Assembly (NCBI GenBank): GCA_026025075.1
Contig: JAPEUI010000090.1
Span: 1 to 64,000, forward strand
Length of the DNA: 64,000 bases
Direction: 5' to 3'
Origin: Vezdaea acicularis
Lineage: Eukaryota
In this document: piece by piece, positions 60,533 through 64,000 of the stretch
How the letters are laid out: every line of letters begins with the position of its first letter
Numbering within the stretch: position 1 is the stretch's first letter
The notes under the pieces: model-generated
Seen by the model: only the letters and a program-made list of their open reading frames with translations
Database searches by the model: none
What the model was told of the DNA's origin: nothing
Position numbers and translations under genes: made by a program

Positions 60533-63215
60533 TCACGCAATCGTGCCCTCGACTTTCCGACCCCTCCACGCAGCGGGATCGCGGCCATTTCCAGCTCCAC
60601 CTCCACCGCCGAGATCAACGACACAGACTCTCCCGGCCGTGACGACGACAAGCCTCTTCCCATCGCCGTCCCAGCCGATACCGGCTTCGCCCTCCCCCTC
60701 ATCTTCGTCCGCAATCTCGCTACCGACGCCTTCGTCCTTCTCTCGATCTTTGAGGTCCTGTCCGACGCCGCCGACGTCGTCGTCGAGGAGGCCCTTGAGT
60801 GCGATATCGCGGCCGCGCCAGACGGCTTTGGGGAGACCGCCGTTAAGGGCGTCGAAGAACCAGACGGCACCGGGGGCGAGGAGGACGGCGACTTCGGCGC
60901 CGTTGGGGCTGAAGGCGAGGGCGAGGGCGGGGGGTTTGTCGGGGGGGGAGAGGGAGGGGGAGGGGGGGGAGGGGATGAGCACGTGGATGGTGTGGAAGGG
61001 CGAGTTGCCGTTGAGGAGGCGGACGGAGCCGTCGGTGCAGGTCGTGCCGATGAAGCGGGCGGAGCGCGGTTGGAGGAGGTGCGAGGAGCGGGGGGTGAGT
61101 GGTTGCCAGTTTATCGATGTGAGGGCCGCGGGGTGGGGGTGGGTGTGTAGGTGGGCGTGGGTTTGGGATGTGTAGACCTGAGACGCCAGTTTAGCTTTGG
61201 CGGGATATGGGAGAGGAGGAGGGGGGAGATTAAAAATGGGGGGTTTACGTCAACGGTGCCGTCACTGGCGGCGGTGCAGTAGTTCCCAAAGATGGTGTCG
61301 TAGCGGATGAAATTCAACTCGTAACCCTCCGTCGACGCGCCAAAGAGGTTCGTCCTCGACGTTGACCCAATCGGCGAGACCTGGTTGTGGACGATGCGGA
61401 AGAGACGAATCTGCGTGCCACAGCAGAGCGCAAACGAATCCTCGCCGAGCCAACAAGCATCGTTCGCGACGCCGGGAACGGGGATACTGCGAGGGCGCAT
61501 CCCAGTGGTCGTCCACACGAAGAGCTCACTCTCCTCGTTCGTCAGGTTGCCCGAAACGCCGAGCAGCATCGAGCCGGCCGAGTTCCAGCAGAGGCTGATG
61601 AGGCTGTCGCGGCCGACGGGGAAGGACTCGAGGAACCGGCCGGACAGGTTGAACAGGATGACTTCGCTGTCGACATCTTCACGCGGCGAGCGGGGCGCGA
61701 CGGCCAAAACGTTTCCCTCGGGATCCCACGCAATGGCGGTGATGTACAGCTGCTTGGTCCCATCGAGGTCCAAGTCCATGAACTGGATCTGCGAGGCCTT
61801 CGACGCGCCATTCTGATAGCTCGTGGTGTCGTTCCCCGCCGAGACATTCAAAGTGGCACCCTCGAAATTCCACAAGCGGCATAGCGCGTCGGTTCCTGCG
61901 GTGGCCAAGATCTTGGGATGGCGCGGGTTCCAGCGCGCGTGCATCACGCTTCGGCTGCTGCCACCAGCGTGATTCCCTCCAGCGGTCGCGCCCGGGAGCT
62001 GACTGGTCGGAGCGCCGTTGACCTTCACGCTCAGGTCGTGATTTGCGATCGGACCGGGCGCACCAATCGAGGTGTCGAGCACGCTGGTCGTTTCAGCGCC
62101 CAGTTCGGCCACCCTGTCGACTTGCATGTCGACTTGCACGCCCTGACTGGTGCCGTTCGTGACGATGCGAGTGGCCGTTGCGGTCGCCGTCGGCCATTGC
62201 CCGTCCGACGCGGCGGCATCTGCTGCAGCGGACGGCTCCCGCGGCGTCGACGAGGAGTGCGGGTAATTGCCAAAGCCGTTCTGCTGCTGCTGCTGCTGCT
62301 GCTGAAGCTGTTGGTGTTGCTGCTGTTGCGGTGTCGGCGAATCGACGTCCATCGCATCGCCGGTGGTTCCCTGCTCGACGCCATTGGATCGCCGCGATTT
62401 CTTCCGCTCGGGTGGCTGGGGTGGGGAGTCGAGGTTCATGTCCGTGCCGGGCCCGCTGTCTCGTGCGTGCTTGCGTGGGGATGGGGCGCGCCCCCCACCC
62501 GCTGCGACCGGCTCTGGAGGCGGCGGAAGTGCTGGAGGGAGGTGTGCTTCGACGTCCACGTCGGGCGCTGCGTTTGGCGAGGATCGAGATGGGGCAGTGG
62601 GTGCAGCAGCAGCAGCAGCAGCGGCGGCGGCGGCGGCGGCGCGACCCAAGTCAGGGCCAAAGAACGACGCCGACGTCCACTCGCCGGCGGCGATCGGGTT
62701 GCCGCGCTGTCATCAGCCGTTAACCCGTGGTCGAGAAATGCAGGAGGGAGATGAGATGGAAGACGAAGAGATAGACAGGAAAATCGCATACCTTGTCGAC
62801 GCTCTGCTCGACCTCGTAATACTGAAGACCCTTCTGCACGAGCGAGACTAGCGCGTGCGTCTTGATGAACTGCGCGAAGGGCAGGCCTTGCGGGTCCTGC
62901 TTCCATTCTTTCTGAAGCTTGACGGCCGTCTCGCCGTATCCTAGGAGACCTCGTCGTCAGCACATCCCACGAAGGTCGTTCGACCAGGAGGAATGATCCC
63001 ATACCTAATTCCTGTAGATATCTGCGTTGCGGCGGTGCAGCCCTCGTGTTAGCGAAGGTGGCCCTTGGTAACTCGTGCTTGTACCTGGCCCCGGGGGCCA
63101 AATCGGCCAGCCGCCCGGATCAGATGAAGGGGAGAATGAGCGACGGCGGACCAAAAAACACGTACCTCCAGACGAGATAGCTGACATGATCGGAATTCAA
63201 GGACGAGGAGGTCAT
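60533..63215 (-). CDS. LisH + WD40 protein, Sif2/TBL1-like HDAC complex subunit (several introns)
   Basis: Spliced N-terminus MTSSSLNSDHVSYLVWR|YLQELG, LPFAQFIKTHALVSLVQKGLQY; WD40 region HARWNPRHPKILATAGTDALCRLW; last exon ends at 60533; C-terminus divergent. Confidence 0.8.
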
Positions 63216-64000
63216 GGTGCGCGCGACCGCATGCGTTTGCGCGCAGCGACCGAGGGCGTGATCGTTCGGTCGAGTCCAGCTGGTGTCGAGGGCGGCCGTG
63301 TATCGTGAGGGACGAGCGGATGTGCAGGTCGCGGATGGCAGAGGTTGTCGAGTGGGTGTGACGAGAAGAGGAAATGAGGTTGTGGTTGTTGGAAAACTGG
63401 CGATGGAAGGTGGAAGGGCTGGATGGTGGATGGCCGGGTTCTTGACATTCAAAGATGTCTCGTCTGGTCTTCCTTCTGCCGGGCTAGGCTGCTTCCGTGG
63501 CTAGCGCACGAGGAATGGGGGGTGGGCGCCGTGAGAATCGGGGGCGACAGGCGAGTCCAAGCGGCTTTCGTGGAGGACGGGCCCTCGACTGGTCGCGCTC
63601 TATCGAAGGCGTTTTGAAGTGACCGATGTCGAGAGATGGTCGAGCGAGAGACGACGTGTGGAGAGGAAAAGAGTGGAGGCGAGAGCGAGCGAGCGACTGA
63701 AGAGCCTGACTGACTGCCACCGACGCGATGTCGCAGATTCGGCGTGGAGATACCGTGACCCGTTCACGGAAGGAAGAGAGAGGAGGGGAGGGAGGGAGGG
63801 AGGGGCGACCGACTGGAAAGGGAAAGAGACAGATCCGGGGGATTTCCGTCGACGAGACTACGGGAATGCGTTAAGGCGTTGACGCACCGGCGTGGCCTTT
63901 TTTCCTCTCGCGCCCTCCAGTGCCGTGCGGCTCGACCGGGCGGCTGTCTCTCGCCAAGCCCTCGCGCGGCTATGGGCCCCCGGCCACTGCACGTGTTGCC

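Overview
Gene-dense nuclear DNA from a filamentous ascomycete (Pezizomycotina-type). Introns are short (~50 nt) GT-AG with CTRAY branch sites. I identify 25 complete protein-coding genes plus a probable partial 3' end at the left edge. Most are housekeeping: translation/ribosome (DPH1, TSR1, UTP7, RRP12, GON7, two mitoribosomal proteins), trafficking/cytoskeleton (VMA2, BET4, dynactin p150, BLOS1, VPS39, SEC6, TMEM115-like, SMP/C2 protein, HAUS4-like augmin subunit), metabolism/transport (HMG-CoA lyase, PXA2, DPL1, histidine phosphatase, ferroportin-like) and regulators (Ama1-like APC/C activator, HbrB/Bit61-like, PtaB/Mfg1, Sif2-like). I found no transposon, rRNA, convincing tRNA or CRISPR array. 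The strongest finding is in the Ama1-like gene: its conserved PFR-VLDAP motif is restored only by removing a 48-nt non-canonical AT-AC intron whose donor contains the single in-frame stop, a candidate splicing or editing switch. Other leads are an oversized convergent gap (5334-7084) with interleaved direct repeats, a cryptic intron overlapping the VMA2 stop codon, a ferroportin-like gene with a GC-AG intron and a CBC:HapX-like promoter motif, and a stop-containing NAGNAG acceptor in the HAUS4-like gene. All identifications come from motif recognition by eye; no database search was run.
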